Shown: positions 9,357 to 18,561, counted from the first letter of the stretch. The stretch is DNA of 34,676 bases from a virus (IMGVR_UViG_2537561603_000002), one strand, 5' to 3'. Notes: a model not told the origin generated them from the sequence alone. A program made the numbers and translations.

Positions 9357-10157
9357 ATGATCTTTCTAAGTCATAATCACCGTGACAAAAGGTTTGTAAG
9401 TGTTATAGCGGAAAAACTAGCAGATGTTTATGGGCGTGATAACGTATTCTACGATTCTTGGTCTATCCAACCCGGAGAGGGTATTATTGACAAGATGAAT
9501 TTAGGAATGGAGAATGTATCGTTCTTTTTCTTTTTTGTCACAGAAAATAGCTTGGCAAGTAACATGGTAAAAATGGAATGGCAAAATGCTTTAATTAAGG
9601 CATCGTCCGGGAAGTGTAAATTTATACCAATACGTTGCCAGAATATATCCTTGCCTGCTCTGCTTACTCAAACGCTATATATTGATCTTTATTCGTATGG
9701 GATCGATGTGGCAATAAGACAAATTATAGATGTCATTAATCAACAAAATACGTATATTCCTAATCCTGAGAAGTATTCAAACCTCTCCTATGATATTAAG
9801 GATGATGATGGGGGTAAGATAGTGAAATTATCAGCAATGGATTTTTTAGAACCAATTGCTGATTTTATGATGATTATGGATAATACAATTAAGCATGATG
9901 ATGTTGTTGTTATGGTCAATGGAGAAAGCTCATTCACTCAGGGGTTTATTGAAAATGCATCTTTAGAAAATGGTATGAAAGTAAGTGGTGCCACTGTTGG
10001 CCTAAATCGGGGGTTAACACCAACGATGCCAATGTATGTTTCTCTTAGGTTAAAGGATGGTTCACCTTTGAATATATTTGCGGTGCTACATCGAGTAAGT
10101 ACCGAGCGTTATGCTCCTATACCACATAAAGCCGATGATGCCTTTAGAGTAAAATAA
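9357..10157 (+). CDS. TIR-domain protein (about 266 aa) with C-terminal domain of unknown function; candidate defence effector or sensor
   Basis: N-terminus MIFLSHNHRDKRFV...FYDSWSIQPGEGI...VTENSLASNMVKMEWQNAL follows the TIR pattern (FxSHxxxD, SW, conserved Glu in a W..E motif). AT-rich; alternative start at 9345; stem-loop terminator downstream. Confidence 0.6.
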   Translation: MIFLSHNHRDKRFVSVIAEKLADVYGRDNVFYDSWSIQPGEGIIDKMNLGMENVSFFFFFVTENSLASNMVKMEWQNALIKASSGKCKFIPIRCQNISLPALLTQTLYIDLYSYGIDVAIRQIIDVINQQNTYIPNPEKYSNLSYDIKDDDGGKIVKLSAMDFLEPIADFMMIMDNTIKHDDVVVMVNGESSFTQGFIENASLENGMKVSGATVGLNRGLTPTMPMYVSLRLKDGSPLNIFAVLHRVSTERYAPIPHKADDAFRVK

Positions 10158-10165
10158 AAAGCAAT

Positions 10166-10200
10166 ATGGTGGCTATATAATTAAGGCCACCAATTTATAT
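10166..10200. terminator. Stem-loop between convergent TIR gene and portal gene Q (likely bidirectional terminator)
   Basis: Inverted repeat tggtggc (10167-10173) / gccacca (10186-10192) flanked by A/T-rich sequence. Confidence 0.45.
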
Positions 10201-10201
10201 C

Positions 10202-11230
10202 TCATAAACAATAGGATGAAAATGCAATAACTTTCTCACCCAGCCAATGGTTTAACTCCTCCATGCGTTTCTGTAATGGCAAAAGTTCATTGCGCACAAA
10301 CACATTTGCGGCCTTCTCCACATCCCCAAACCCTCCAACATTATTAGGCATAATCCCCATCATTTGCGGCGGCACGCGGTGCGCAGCCATCATGTCATCA
10401 CGGCTCACGTTCTTGATATTCAAAAACTCATCCTTCGCCGCCACCTCTGACAACGGGATAATCTGAAGCCCGTCCTTTTTGCCGTTAGGCGAGTACATAA
10501 ACAGGTTGCGGAAGTTACCCGGACCTTTGGCACTTTTCATTGCATTGCGGAGGTTGTTCACGTCCTCCTGGTTCTGCGCAGCATCGGTCATGTACATGAT
10601 GAAGCCTGCATGACTACCGTTAATGTAATACTTGCGGCGGAACAGCGTGGCGGACTCATTGAGCAGGGCGGACGGAATGGCAGAAAGATAGCCGGGCAGG
10701 CCGTAGATTTCCTGGTTAATGTCCGGTTCCATCAGATGAAAAATGCTGCCTTTCGTGAACTGATACGGCTGGGTTGTCATACCGTATTGCACAAACCAGT
10801 AGGTATCCAGGTCTAACCCGCGTCGGGTGTATTTTGCCAGAGCAGGCTCAAGGGCGATAACTTCACCGAAGCGGTTCGTGCGTTTCTCCAGGTAGGCGTT
10901 ACCAAATACCAGATAGTCCTGCACAAAACGTGAAAAAGCCTGCTGGCTGAGCAGCGGGTGAGGGATGTAGGTACTGGTCAGAATGTTGCATTTCACCGCA
11001 ATTGGTGAACTGTGATGCACGGCGGCGCGGAAGGTGCGCGCCAGTCCGTCAAAGCTTACTGGCGGCTCATACCAGCGATCTGTCTGTACGCATTCCACAT
11101 AGTCCAGTAGTTCGCGGCGATCCAGAACAGGAACGGGATCACCGAAGCTGAATGCTTCGGCTGTAGTTTGACTTTTATGCCGGATCTGGTTTGTCGACGC
11201 AGCGCGGTTCTTCTTACTCTTTCCCATCAA
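10202..11230 (-). CDS. Q: Portal protein (P2 gpQ-like)
   Basis: 342-aa ORF, leftward, immediately downstream of and overlapping terminase P (ATGA-type overlap at 11227-11230); size and position match P2 Q (344 aa). Confidence 0.85.
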   Translation of the reverse strand: MMGKSKKNRAASTNQIRHKSQTTAEAFSFGDPVPVLDRRELLDYVECVQTDRWYEPPVSFDGLARTFRAAVHHSSPIAVKCNILTSTYIPHPLLSQQAFSRFVQDYLVFGNAYLEKRTNRFGEVIALEPALAKYTRRGLDLDTYWFVQYGMTTQPYQFTKGSIFHLMEPDINQEIYGLPGYLSAIPSALLNESATLFRRKYYINGSHAGFIMYMTDAAQNQEDVNNLRNAMKSAKGPGNFRNLFMYSPNGKKDGLQIIPLSEVAAKDEFLNIKNVSRDDMMAAHRVPPQMMGIMPNNVGGFGDVEKAANVFVRNELLPLQKRMEELNHWLGEKVIAFSSYCL

Positions 11231-12993
11231 AAAATCTCCACAATATTACTGGTATTGGCGGACTCGCCCTGCAGTGGTTCGTTAAACAGTGCGTGCATTG
11301 TTGCCCAGGCCAGATCGGCGTGGCTGGCTTCTTCGCTGCGGCTGGCTTCATAGGTCGGGCGGTTGCCGCTGGCAGTGGTGGCGCGACGGATTGCCATAAA
11401 GGACTGCGCTATGTCGGTGTGCCCGGCGTCAAACTCCAGGCGGCGGTGGCTAATAATGTCGTAGGCCTTGAGTACCAGGGCGTTTTTAACGTTGGGGTTG
11501 TAGACAAACTCCCGGACGGCAGGAAAAAACGCTTTCACGTTCTCGTAAACCCCGTGACCGACGCCGGTTGAGTCGATACCGATGTATGTCACGTTGTACT
11601 GTTCAGTCAGTTTTTTGATGGCGTCAGCCTGGGCGCGGAAGTCCATCCCGCGCCACTGGTGACGCTCAAGAATGCGGAACTTACCGCCCGGCACGGCTGG
11701 CGGTGCCACCACCACGCACCCGGCGCTGTCGCCGTTTTGCGTACCTTTTGCCGGGTCATAACCGATCCACACTTCGCGCCAGCCAAACGGGCGCAGGGCC
11801 AGTGCATGAAAGTCGGTCCAGACTTCCCAACTGTCCACCATGCACGCCTGCAGCTCGCTGAGCGGGAACACGGACGCGAAATCGTCCACAAACTCGCACA
11901 TCAGCAGGTTCTGGTATTCGTCCGGGCTGTACTCCATGCGCAACTGATCGAGGTCGAAAAGGTTACATCCGCCGCGCACTGCATCTTCCACGGTGACTAT
12001 CTGGCGGTATTGCCCGTCTGCGCACAGCAGGCCGGGGGCCAGATTGCTGTGGGACAGGTCGATGTCCACCTTATCGGCTTTATTGCGCCCACGGTTGAAC
12101 AGCGCACCGGACCAGAACGGATAAGCACTGTGTGTCAGGCTGGATGGCGTGGAAAAATAGGTTTGTCGCCATTTTTTGTGAATAGCCATACCGGAAGCCA
12201 CTTTGCGCAGCTCCTGGAATTTCGGTATCCAGAAATATTCATCCAGATACAGGTTGCCGTGGTAACTCTGGGCCGTGCGGGCATTGGTGCCGAGGAAGTA
12301 AAGCGTGGCTCCGTTAGGAAGCACCATCGGATCGCCTTTCAGCTCCACCTCGACTTCTTTGGCGAAGTCTATGATGTACTGCTTAAAGACGTGAGCCTGT
12401 GCCTTGCTGGCGGAAAGAAAAATCTGGTTACGTCCGGTAAGCAGAGCGTCAATCAGGGCTTCACGGGCAAAGTAAAAGGTCGCGCCGATCTGGCGTGACT
12501 TCAGCAGGTTGCGGATGCGGTTGGTTTTTCCGGCTTCCCACCAGTGGCGCTGGTAGTTGAACATGGAGGAATGGAAGATTTCTTCCAGCTTCTCAATCTG
12601 CTCATCGGTGAAAACATTCTTTTCCGGCTGACGGCGCGGGCCTTTGTTGCGGTTGGCGACGTTAGGGTTTAAGTCGGCTTCGTTGCCGCCATTGTTAAAC
12701 TTGCCGATCCGCGCGTGGCGTTCCGACTGGCGCGCCAGCAGGTCAATCTCTTTGAAATCTTTCCCTTCTTTGTGCTCCTTCATAATGAGCTGGCAGTAGC
12801 GTGCGGCGGTGGTGAGCTGCATCTGATCCAGCGGCCCATAGTCACCCCACTTGTCGCGTTTTTTCCAGCTGTGAACGGTTGCAACTTTCTCGCCCAGCAT
12901 TTCAGCAATGCGGGCTACGCGGTATCCCTGAAAGTACAGCAGCATGGCCTGCCGACGGGGATCGAGATCTGCGGGTGTCAGTGTGGTGTTCAT
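11227..12993 (-). CDS. P: Terminase large (ATPase) subunit (P2 gpP-like)
   Basis: 588-aa ORF divergent from capsid operon O-N-M-L; size and position match P2 P (590 aa). Confidence 0.85.
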   Translation of the reverse strand: MNTTLTPADLDPRRQAMLLYFQGYRVARIAEMLGEKVATVHSWKKRDKWGDYGPLDQMQLTTAARYCQLIMKEHKEGKDFKEIDLLARQSERHARIGKFNNGGNEADLNPNVANRNKGPRRQPEKNVFTDEQIEKLEEIFHSSMFNYQRHWWEAGKTNRIRNLLKSRQIGATFYFAREALIDALLTGRNQIFLSASKAQAHVFKQYIIDFAKEVEVELKGDPMVLPNGATLYFLGTNARTAQSYHGNLYLDEYFWIPKFQELRKVASGMAIHKKWRQTYFSTPSSLTHSAYPFWSGALFNRGRNKADKVDIDLSHSNLAPGLLCADGQYRQIVTVEDAVRGGCNLFDLDQLRMEYSPDEYQNLLMCEFVDDFASVFPLSELQACMVDSWEVWTDFHALALRPFGWREVWIGYDPAKGTQNGDSAGCVVVAPPAVPGGKFRILERHQWRGMDFRAQADAIKKLTEQYNVTYIGIDSTGVGHGVYENVKAFFPAVREFVYNPNVKNALVLKAYDIISHRRLEFDAGHTDIAQSFMAIRRATTASGNRPTYEASRSEEASHADLAWATMHALFNEPLQGESANTSNIVEIF

Positions 12994-13039
12994 GGCACAA
13001 ACCTACAGCCTTGAATGAAGGCTTTCCCCGCCTGCGGTT

Positions 13040-13057
13040 TGTGTGGTTGTCGGTACA
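13040..13057. promoter_or_regulatory. Ogr/Delta-type late-promoter activator site (TGT-N12-ACA) in the divergent P/O promoter region
   Basis: tgtgtggttgtcggtaca: TGT-N12-ACA dyad centred about 55 bp upstream of the expected O transcript start (O ATG 13136). Confidence 0.5.
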
Positions 13058-13135
13058 AATACCGCGCATTGTTTCACTGCCCCCATCACCGCAACCATAA
13101 GGCTCCTGTAAGTTTTTTCTAACGGAGCACGGCTC

Positions 13136-13969
13136 ATGACAGTGAAAGCAAAGCGTTTTCGCATCGGGGTGGAAGGTGCCACCACCGACGGACGCGAAAT
13201 CCAGCGTGAATGGCTGGAACAGATGGCAGCCAGCTACAACCCGGCGGTGTATACCGCGCTGATTAACCTTGAGCACATCAAGTCTTATCTGCCGGACAGC
13301 ACCTTTAACCGCTACGGCAAGGTGACGGCGCTGTTTGCTGAAGAAATCACGGAAGGTCCGCTGGCAGGCAAGATGGCGCTGTATGCCGACGTTGAGCCAA
13401 CGGAATCTCTGGTGGAGCTGGTGAAAAAAGGCCAGAAATTATTCACCTCTATGGAAGTCAGCCCGAAGTTTGCTGATACGGGCAAAGCCTATCTGGTCGG
13501 CCTGGCTGCCACTGATGATCCCGCCAGTCTGGGTACGGAAATGCTGACATTCAGCGCCAGTGCAGCCCATAACCCGCTGGCAAACCGCAAGCAGAATCCC
13601 GCCAATCTTTTTACCGCTGCAGAGGAAACGGTGATCGAACTGGAAGAAATCCAGGATGACAAACCGTCCCTGTTTGCCCGTGTCACGGCGCTGTTCACCA
13701 AAAAAGAGCAGTCCGATGACGCCCGGTTCTCTGATGTGCATAAGGCCGTGGAGCTGGTCGCCACTGAGCAGCAGAACCTGAGCGCACGCACCGAAAAATC
13801 CCTGTCTGAGCAGGAAGAACGTCTGTCTGAGCTGGAGACTGCCCTGCAGGCACAGCAGACCGCCTTTAACGAACTGGTGAATAAGCTGAGTCATGAAGAC
13901 AGCCGCCAGGACTACCGCCAGCGTGCAACAGGCGGTAACGCCCCCGCTGACACTCTGACCAATTGCTGA
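13136..13969 (+). CDS. O: Capsid scaffolding protein (P2 gpO-like)
   Basis: 277 aa, first gene after the divergent late promoter; acidic coiled-coil-rich C-terminal half; size as P2 O (284 aa). Confidence 0.8.
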   Translation: MTVKAKRFRIGVEGATTDGREIQREWLEQMAASYNPAVYTALINLEHIKSYLPDSTFNRYGKVTALFAEEITEGPLAGKMALYADVEPTESLVELVKKGQKLFTSMEVSPKFADTGKAYLVGLAATDDPASLGTEMLTFSASAAHNPLANRKQNPANLFTAAEETVIELEEIQDDKPSLFARVTALFTKKEQSDDARFSDVHKAVELVATEQQNLSARTEKSLSEQEERLSELETALQAQQTAFNELVNKLSHEDSRQDYRQRATGGNAPADTLTNC

Positions 13970-13985
13970 TGGAGCACAAAACCTG

Positions 13986-15044
13986 ATGAAGAAGAATACC
14001 CGCTTTGCTTTTAACGCTTACCTGCAGCAGCTGGCGTGTCTGAACGGTGTGGCAGTTGAAGAACTGTCCAGCAAGTTCACCGTGGAGCCGTCTGTGCAGC
14101 AGACGCTGGAAGACCAGATCCAGCAATCCGCCGCTTTCCTGACGCTGATTAACGTCACGCCAGTGACCGAGCAGTCTGGTCAGCTGCTGGGGCTGGGTGT
14201 TGGCAGCACCATTGCCGGAACCACTGACACCACCGCGAAAGAGCGTGAACCTGTCGATCCTACGCTGATGGTCGATGTGGAATACAAATGCGAGCAGACC
14301 AACTTTGACACGGTACTGACCTACGCGAAGCTGGACCTGTGGGCGAAGTTTCAGGATTTCCAGGTGCGTATCCGTGACGCCATCGTGAAACGTCAGGCAC
14401 TGGACCGCATCATGATCGGCTTTAACGGCGTGAAGCGTGCGAAAACCTCCAACCGTAGCGAAAACCCGCTGCTGCAGGATGTGAATAAAGGCTGGCTGCA
14501 GAAAATCCGTGAGGATGCACCGGATCACGTCATGGGCAGCACCACCACGGGTGGTGAAACCACACCGGGTGCGGTGAAAGTCGGGAAAGGTGGCGAATAT
14601 GCCAACCTGGACGCTGTGGTGATGGATGCGGTCAATGAGCTTATCGACGTGGTCTACCAGGACGATGACGATCTGGTGGTGATTTGCGGTCGTGAACTGC
14701 TGTCTGACAAGTATTTCCCGCTGGTCAACAAAGAGCAGGAAAACAGTGAAAAACTGGCAGCCGATATGATTATCAGTCAGAAACGCATGGGCGGTCTGCA
14801 GGCCGTGCGTGCGCCGTTCTTCCCGCCGAATGCGCTGCTGATCACCCGTCTGGATAACTTGTCCATCTACTGGCAGGAAGACACCCGCCGCCGTTCAGTT
14901 ATCGACAACCCGAAACGTGACCGGATTGAAAACTTTGAATCCGTTAATGAAGCCTATGTGGTTGAGGACTACCGCTGCGCCGCACTGGTGGAAAACATCC
15001 AGATTGGTGATTTCAGCGCCGCCGCAGCCGAAACCGGAGCGTAA
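13986..15044 (+). CDS. N: Major capsid protein (P2 gpN-like)
   Basis: 352 aa, follows scaffold gene; matches P2 N (357 aa) in size and position. Confidence 0.85.
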   Translation: MKKNTRFAFNAYLQQLACLNGVAVEELSSKFTVEPSVQQTLEDQIQQSAAFLTLINVTPVTEQSGQLLGLGVGSTIAGTTDTTAKEREPVDPTLMVDVEYKCEQTNFDTVLTYAKLDLWAKFQDFQVRIRDAIVKRQALDRIMIGFNGVKRAKTSNRSENPLLQDVNKGWLQKIREDAPDHVMGSTTTGGETTPGAVKVGKGGEYANLDAVVMDAVNELIDVVYQDDDDLVVICGRELLSDKYFPLVNKEQENSEKLAADMIISQKRMGGLQAVRAPFFPPNALLITRLDNLSIYWQEDTRRRSVIDNPKRDRIENFESVNEAYVVEDYRCAALVENIQIGDFSAAAAETGA

Positions 15045-15047
15045 TCC

Positions 15048-15698
15048 ATGAGCCTGAGTCCCGCACGGCAGCATCGCCTGCGCGTTCAGGCTGAACAGGC
15101 CGCCCGCGAGGGCGGCAGTGTTCGCCACGCATCGGGCTATGACCTGATGCTGCTGCAACTGGCGGAAGACCGCCGCCGTCTCAAGGGCGTTCAGTCCACG
15201 GTCAAAAAAGCGGAAATCAAGGTGGAGCTGCTGCCGAAGTACGCCGCCTGGGCAGAGGGTGTCCTGGCTGCCGGAGGCGCTCAACAGGATGACGTGCTGA
15301 TGTACGTGATGCTGTGGCGCATTGATGCCGGAGATTATGCCGGGGCGCTGGAGATCGGGCGTCACGCCCTGCGTCATGGCTGGGTGATGCCGTTGGGTAA
15401 CCGCAACGTGCAGACCGTGCTGGCAGAGGAAATGGCAGACGCGGCGCAGAGCGCAATGCTTGCCGCCACCGGCTTTGATGCTGATCTGTTGCTGCAGACG
15501 CTGGAGCTGACAGACGGTCTGGATATGCCGGACCAGTCACGGGCACGTCTGCATAAAGCGATTGGCGCTGTCCTGAGTGAAAGCAATCCGGCTTCCGCCC
15601 TTAATCATCTCAACCATGCGTTACAGCTCGATCCCCGCTGTGGCGTGAAAAAAGACAAACAGCAGCTGGAGCGCAGACTGCGCAATGACAGCCGCTGA
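15048..15698 (+). CDS. M: Terminase small (endonuclease) subunit (P2 gpM-like)
   Basis: 216-aa ORF directly after N, in the canonical O-N-M-L order. Confidence 0.75.
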   Translation: MSLSPARQHRLRVQAEQAAREGGSVRHASGYDLMLLQLAEDRRRLKGVQSTVKKAEIKVELLPKYAAWAEGVLAAGGAQQDDVLMYVMLWRIDAGDYAGALEIGRHALRHGWVMPLGNRNVQTVLAEEMADAAQSAMLAATGFDADLLLQTLELTDGLDMPDQSRARLHKAIGAVLSESNPASALNHLNHALQLDPRCGVKKDKQQLERRLRNDSR

Positions 15699-15793
15699 CA
15701 GAACGTGCCCCCGCGCACGGGCGGCACGGGGTGGCGAAAGGCACTGCCACATCAAAACCCCGTCCACCGCCCTTTATTTCAGGAGAAAGCAGC

Positions 15794-16258
15794 ATGAAGT
15801 TTGTTGCGCCAGAACAGGCACCGGAACAGGCGGAAATCATCAGAAATACGCCGTTCTGGCCTGATGTGGACCTGTCGGAGTTTCGCAGCGTGATGCGCAC
15901 TGACGGCACGGTGACGCAGCCGCGTTTAAAGCAGGTTGCGCTGTCGGCAATTTCGGAGGTCAACGCAGAGCTGTATGAGTTTCGCAGACGCCAGCAGATG
16001 CTGGGGTATGCCTCGCTGGCAGAGGTTCCGGCGGAACAGCTGGACGGCAAAAGTGAGCGCATTCAGCACTATTTCAACGCGGTTTACTGCTGGGCACGCG
16101 CCATGCTCAACGAACGTTACCAGGACTATGACGCCACGGCATTGGGTGTGAAGCGGGGCGAGGAACTGGCGGAAGCAAGCGGTGATTTGTGGCGTGACGC
16201 CCGCTGGGCCATCAGCCGGGTGCAGGATGCGCCGCACTGCACAGTGGAGCTTATCTGA
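15794..16258 (+). CDS. L: Head completion/stabilisation protein (P2 gpL-like)
   Basis: ATG 15794 preceded by SD aggag; 154 aa; position after M as in P2. Confidence 0.7.
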   Translation: MKFVAPEQAPEQAEIIRNTPFWPDVDLSEFRSVMRTDGTVTQPRLKQVALSAISEVNAELYEFRRRQQMLGYASLAEVPAEQLDGKSERIQHYFNAVYCWARAMLNERYQDYDATALGVKRGEELAEASGDLWRDARWAISRVQDAPHCTVELI

Positions 16259-16458
16259 TGAAAGTGCGTGCGCATCAGTATGACACGGTGGACGCGCTTT
16301 GCTGGCGTCATTACGGGCGCACGCAGGGTGTCACGGAGCAGGTACTGAAGGCAAATCCGGGGCTTGCCGAATACGGCCCCTTTTTACCTCACGGGCTGCA
16401 GGTGGAGCTGCCGGACATTCCGACCACCACCGTGCAGACCGTCCAGCTATGGGACTGA
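16258..16458 (+). CDS. X: Tail protein X (P2 gpX-like, 66 aa)
   Basis: Small ORF overlapping L stop (ATGA), preceding the lysis cassette as in P2. Confidence 0.65.
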   Translation: MKVRAHQYDTVDALCWRHYGRTQGVTEQVLKANPGLAEYGPFLPHGLQVELPDIPTTTVQTVQLWD

Positions 16459-16461
16459 ATT

Positions 16462-16677
16462 ATGACGCTTGAGCGAATCAGCGCCTTTATCACGTATTGC
16501 ATCGCCGTCGTGCTGGCCTGGCTGGGCGATTTGTCCATCAAGGATGCCTCAACGCTGGGCGGCCTGATGATCGGTGTGCTGATGCTGGCTATCAACTGGT
16601 ACTACAAACACAAAGCCTACCAGCTTCTGCGCGACGGGCAGATCTCGCGGGAGGACTATGAATCCATCAATCGTTAA
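16462..16677 (+). CDS. Holin (two-TMD, pinholin-like, 71 aa)
   Basis: Two hydrophobic segments (ISAFITYCIAVVLAWLG and LGGLMIGVLMLAINWYY) followed by a charged C-terminus; directly precedes the endolysin. Confidence 0.6.
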   Translation: MTLERISAFITYCIAVVLAWLGDLSIKDASTLGGLMIGVLMLAINWYYKHKAYQLLRDGQISREDYESINR

Positions 16678-17173
16678 ACGCTGCCTTGTCGGGGCCGTGC
16701 TGGCTATTGCTGCCACGCTGCCGGGTTTTCAGCAGCTTCACACCTCCGTGGAAGGGCTGAAACTGATTGCCGATTACGAAGGTTGTCGTCTGCAGCCGTA
16801 TCAGTGCAGCGCGGGTGTCTGGACCGACGGCATTGGTAATACGTCGGGCGTCATTCCCGGCAAAACCATTACGGAGCGACAGGCAGCAGAAGGGCTGATC
16901 TCCAACGTGCTGCGTGTGGAGCGGGCGCTGGAAAGGTGTGTGAAGCAACAGCCGCCGCAGAAGGTATATGACGCTACGGTGTCGTTTGCCTTCAACGTGG
17001 GAACGGGCAATGCCTGCAGTTCCACGTTGGTGAAATTGCTCAACCAGCGGCGCTGGGCGGATGCGTGCCGACAGTTGCCGCGCTGGGTTTATGTAAAAGG
17101 TGTGTTTAATCAGGGGCTGGATAACCGCCGTGCGCGGGAGATGGCCTGGTGCCTTAAAGGAGCTGGACTATGA
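16658..17173 (+). CDS. Endolysin (lysozyme) with N-terminal SAR-like signal-anchor
   Basis: N-terminus KRCLVGAVLAIAATLPG is a Gly/Ala-rich weakly hydrophobic helix; catalytic region EGLKLIADYEGCRLQPYQCSAGVWTDGIGNT resembles the E-x8-D/C-x5-T lysozyme motif of P21-R-type SAR endolysins. Confidence 0.75.
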   Translation: MNPSIVKRCLVGAVLAIAATLPGFQQLHTSVEGLKLIADYEGCRLQPYQCSAGVWTDGIGNTSGVIPGKTITERQAAEGLISNVLRVERALERCVKQQPPQKVYDATVSFAFNVGTGNACSSTLVKLLNQRRWADACRQLPRWVYVKGVFNQGLDNRRAREMAWCLKGAGL

Positions 17174-17598
17174 CGCGTGCGCTGGCGGTAGTGGCGGCGC
17201 TGGCACTCGTTGCGCTGGGCTGGCAGTCGTGGCGGCTTAACAGCGCCAGCCACACCATCGAAACGCAGCGCGCGGCGCTGAACAGTAAAGCGCACGAACT
17301 AACGAAGAAAAATAGCCAGCTGATCAGTCTGTCCATTCTGGCTGAAACCAATAACCGGGAGCAGGCGCGGCTCTATGCCGAAGCAGAACAGACCAGCGCG
17401 CTGCTGAGACAACGACAACACCGGATCGAGGAACTGAAACGTGAGAACGAGGATTTACACCGCTGGGCTGATACTCCTTTGCCTGCTGACATTATCCGGC
17501 TGCGGGAACGTCCGACACTCACCGGAGGTGCAGCTTACCGTCAGTGGTTGTCCGCGAGTGACGCCGTGTCGGCTGGATCAGGCAGCGCCGCGCACTAA
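17170..17598 (+). CDS. lysB: LysB (i-spanin, Rz-like)
   Basis: 142 aa, N-terminal TMD (ALAVVAALALVALGW) then coiled-coil; overlaps the embedded LysC ORF. Confidence 0.65.
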   Translation: MTRALAVVAALALVALGWQSWRLNSASHTIETQRAALNSKAHELTKKNSQLISLSILAETNNREQARLYAEAEQTSALLRQRQHRIEELKRENEDLHRWADTPLPADIIRLRERPTLTGGAAYRQWLSASDAVSAGSGSAAH

Positions 17599-17731
17599 CG
17601 GTGATCTGAACGCGTTGCTGGATGAAACGGAGGCCGCCTGGGCAGTCTGTGCAGACAAAGTGGACATGATTATTGCGTGTCAGGAGCGAAACAGTGAACA
17701 AACCACAGTCCCTGCGCCACGCCCTCAATAA
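17441..17731 (+). CDS. lysC: LysC (o-spanin lipoprotein, Rz1-like) overlapping the LysB 3' end in another frame
   Basis: Signal peptide with lipobox (LLCLLTLSGC); partly embedded in lysB as in P2. Confidence 0.55.
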   Translation: MRTRIYTAGLILLCLLTLSGCGNVRHSPEVQLTVSGCPRVTPCRLDQAAPRTNGDLNALLDETEAAWAVCADKVDMIIACQERNSEQTTVPAPRPQ

Positions 17732-18125
17732 AGCGGTGCCTTATGTCCGCAATAACCCGGACAAACTGCATCTGTTTGTGGATAACGGTTCGCTGGTTGC
17801 CACGGGGGCCAGCTCCATGTCATGGGAGTACCGTTACACCCTGAACGTGGTGATTGAGGATTTCAGCGGCGACCAGAATCTGCTGATGGCCCCGGTTTTG
17901 CTGTGGCTGCGGGATAACCAGCCTGATGCCATCAATAATCCGGCGTTACGGGAAAAACTATTCACCTTTGAGGTGGACATTCTGCGCAACGATGTCTGTG
18001 ATATCAGCCTTAACCTGCAACTGACGGAGCGGGTGCTGGTCAGTACTGACGGCAGTGTGTCGAGCGTTGAAGCGGTAGCGGAACCCGATGAACCTGAAGA
18101 AATGTGGACGGTGAAACGTGGCTGA
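17694..18125 (+). CDS. R: Tail completion protein R (start tentatively GTG 17694; ORF open from 17673)
   Basis: Translation (KPQSLRHALNKAVPYVRNNPDKLHLFVDNGS...YTLNVVIEDFSGDQNLLMAPVLLWLRDNQPD) parallels P2 gpR; aggag SD 8 nt before GTG 17694. Confidence 0.7.
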   Translation: MNKPQSLRHALNKAVPYVRNNPDKLHLFVDNGSLVATGASSMSWEYRYTLNVVIEDFSGDQNLLMAPVLLWLRDNQPDAINNPALREKLFTFEVDILRNDVCDISLNLQLTERVLVSTDGSVSSVEAVAEPDEPEEMWTVKRG

Positions 18126-18561
18126 ACTGCAGAAAGTGGACGACTGGCTGAGTGCCTTGCTGGCGAATCTGGAGCCAGCTGCAAGAAGCCGTATGATGCG
18201 GCAGCTGGCGCAGGAACTGCGCCGGACACAGCAGCAGAATATCAGGATGCAGCGCAATCCTGACGGCAGCAGCTATGAACCGCGACGGTTAACAGCACGC
18301 AGTAAAAAAGGCCGTATCAAACGTCAGATGTTTGCAAAGCTGCGCACCACAAAATACCTGAAAACTGCCGCCAGCGCCGATTCTGCCAGCGTGCAGTTTG
18401 AAGGTAAGGTACAGCGCATTGCCCGTGTTCATCACTACGGCCTGCGTGATCGCGTCAGCCGTAAAGGCCCAGAGGTACGTTACGCTGAGCGAAATTTATT
18501 AGGAGTAAATAGTAACATCAAAACATCGATAAAGGATGTTTTGATGCAATGGCTTTTATAA
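18118..18561 (+). CDS. S: Tail completion protein S (GTG start)
   Basis: 147-aa ORF overlapping R stop, in P2 R-S order. Confidence 0.7.
   Translation: MAELQKVDDWLSALLANLEPAARSRMMRQLAQELRRTQQQNIRMQRNPDGSSYEPRRLTARSKKGRIKRQMFAKLRTTKYLKTAASADSASVQFEGKVQRIARVHHYGLRDRVSRKGPEVRYAERNLLGVNSNIKTSIKDVLMQWLL

Noticed and set aside
11659-12498. 279-aa ORF on the plus strand inside terminase gene P
   Set aside because: Fully embedded antisense in a well-supported conserved gene; Arg/Ala/Gly-rich low-complexity translation typical of shadow ORFs in GC-rich coding DNA.
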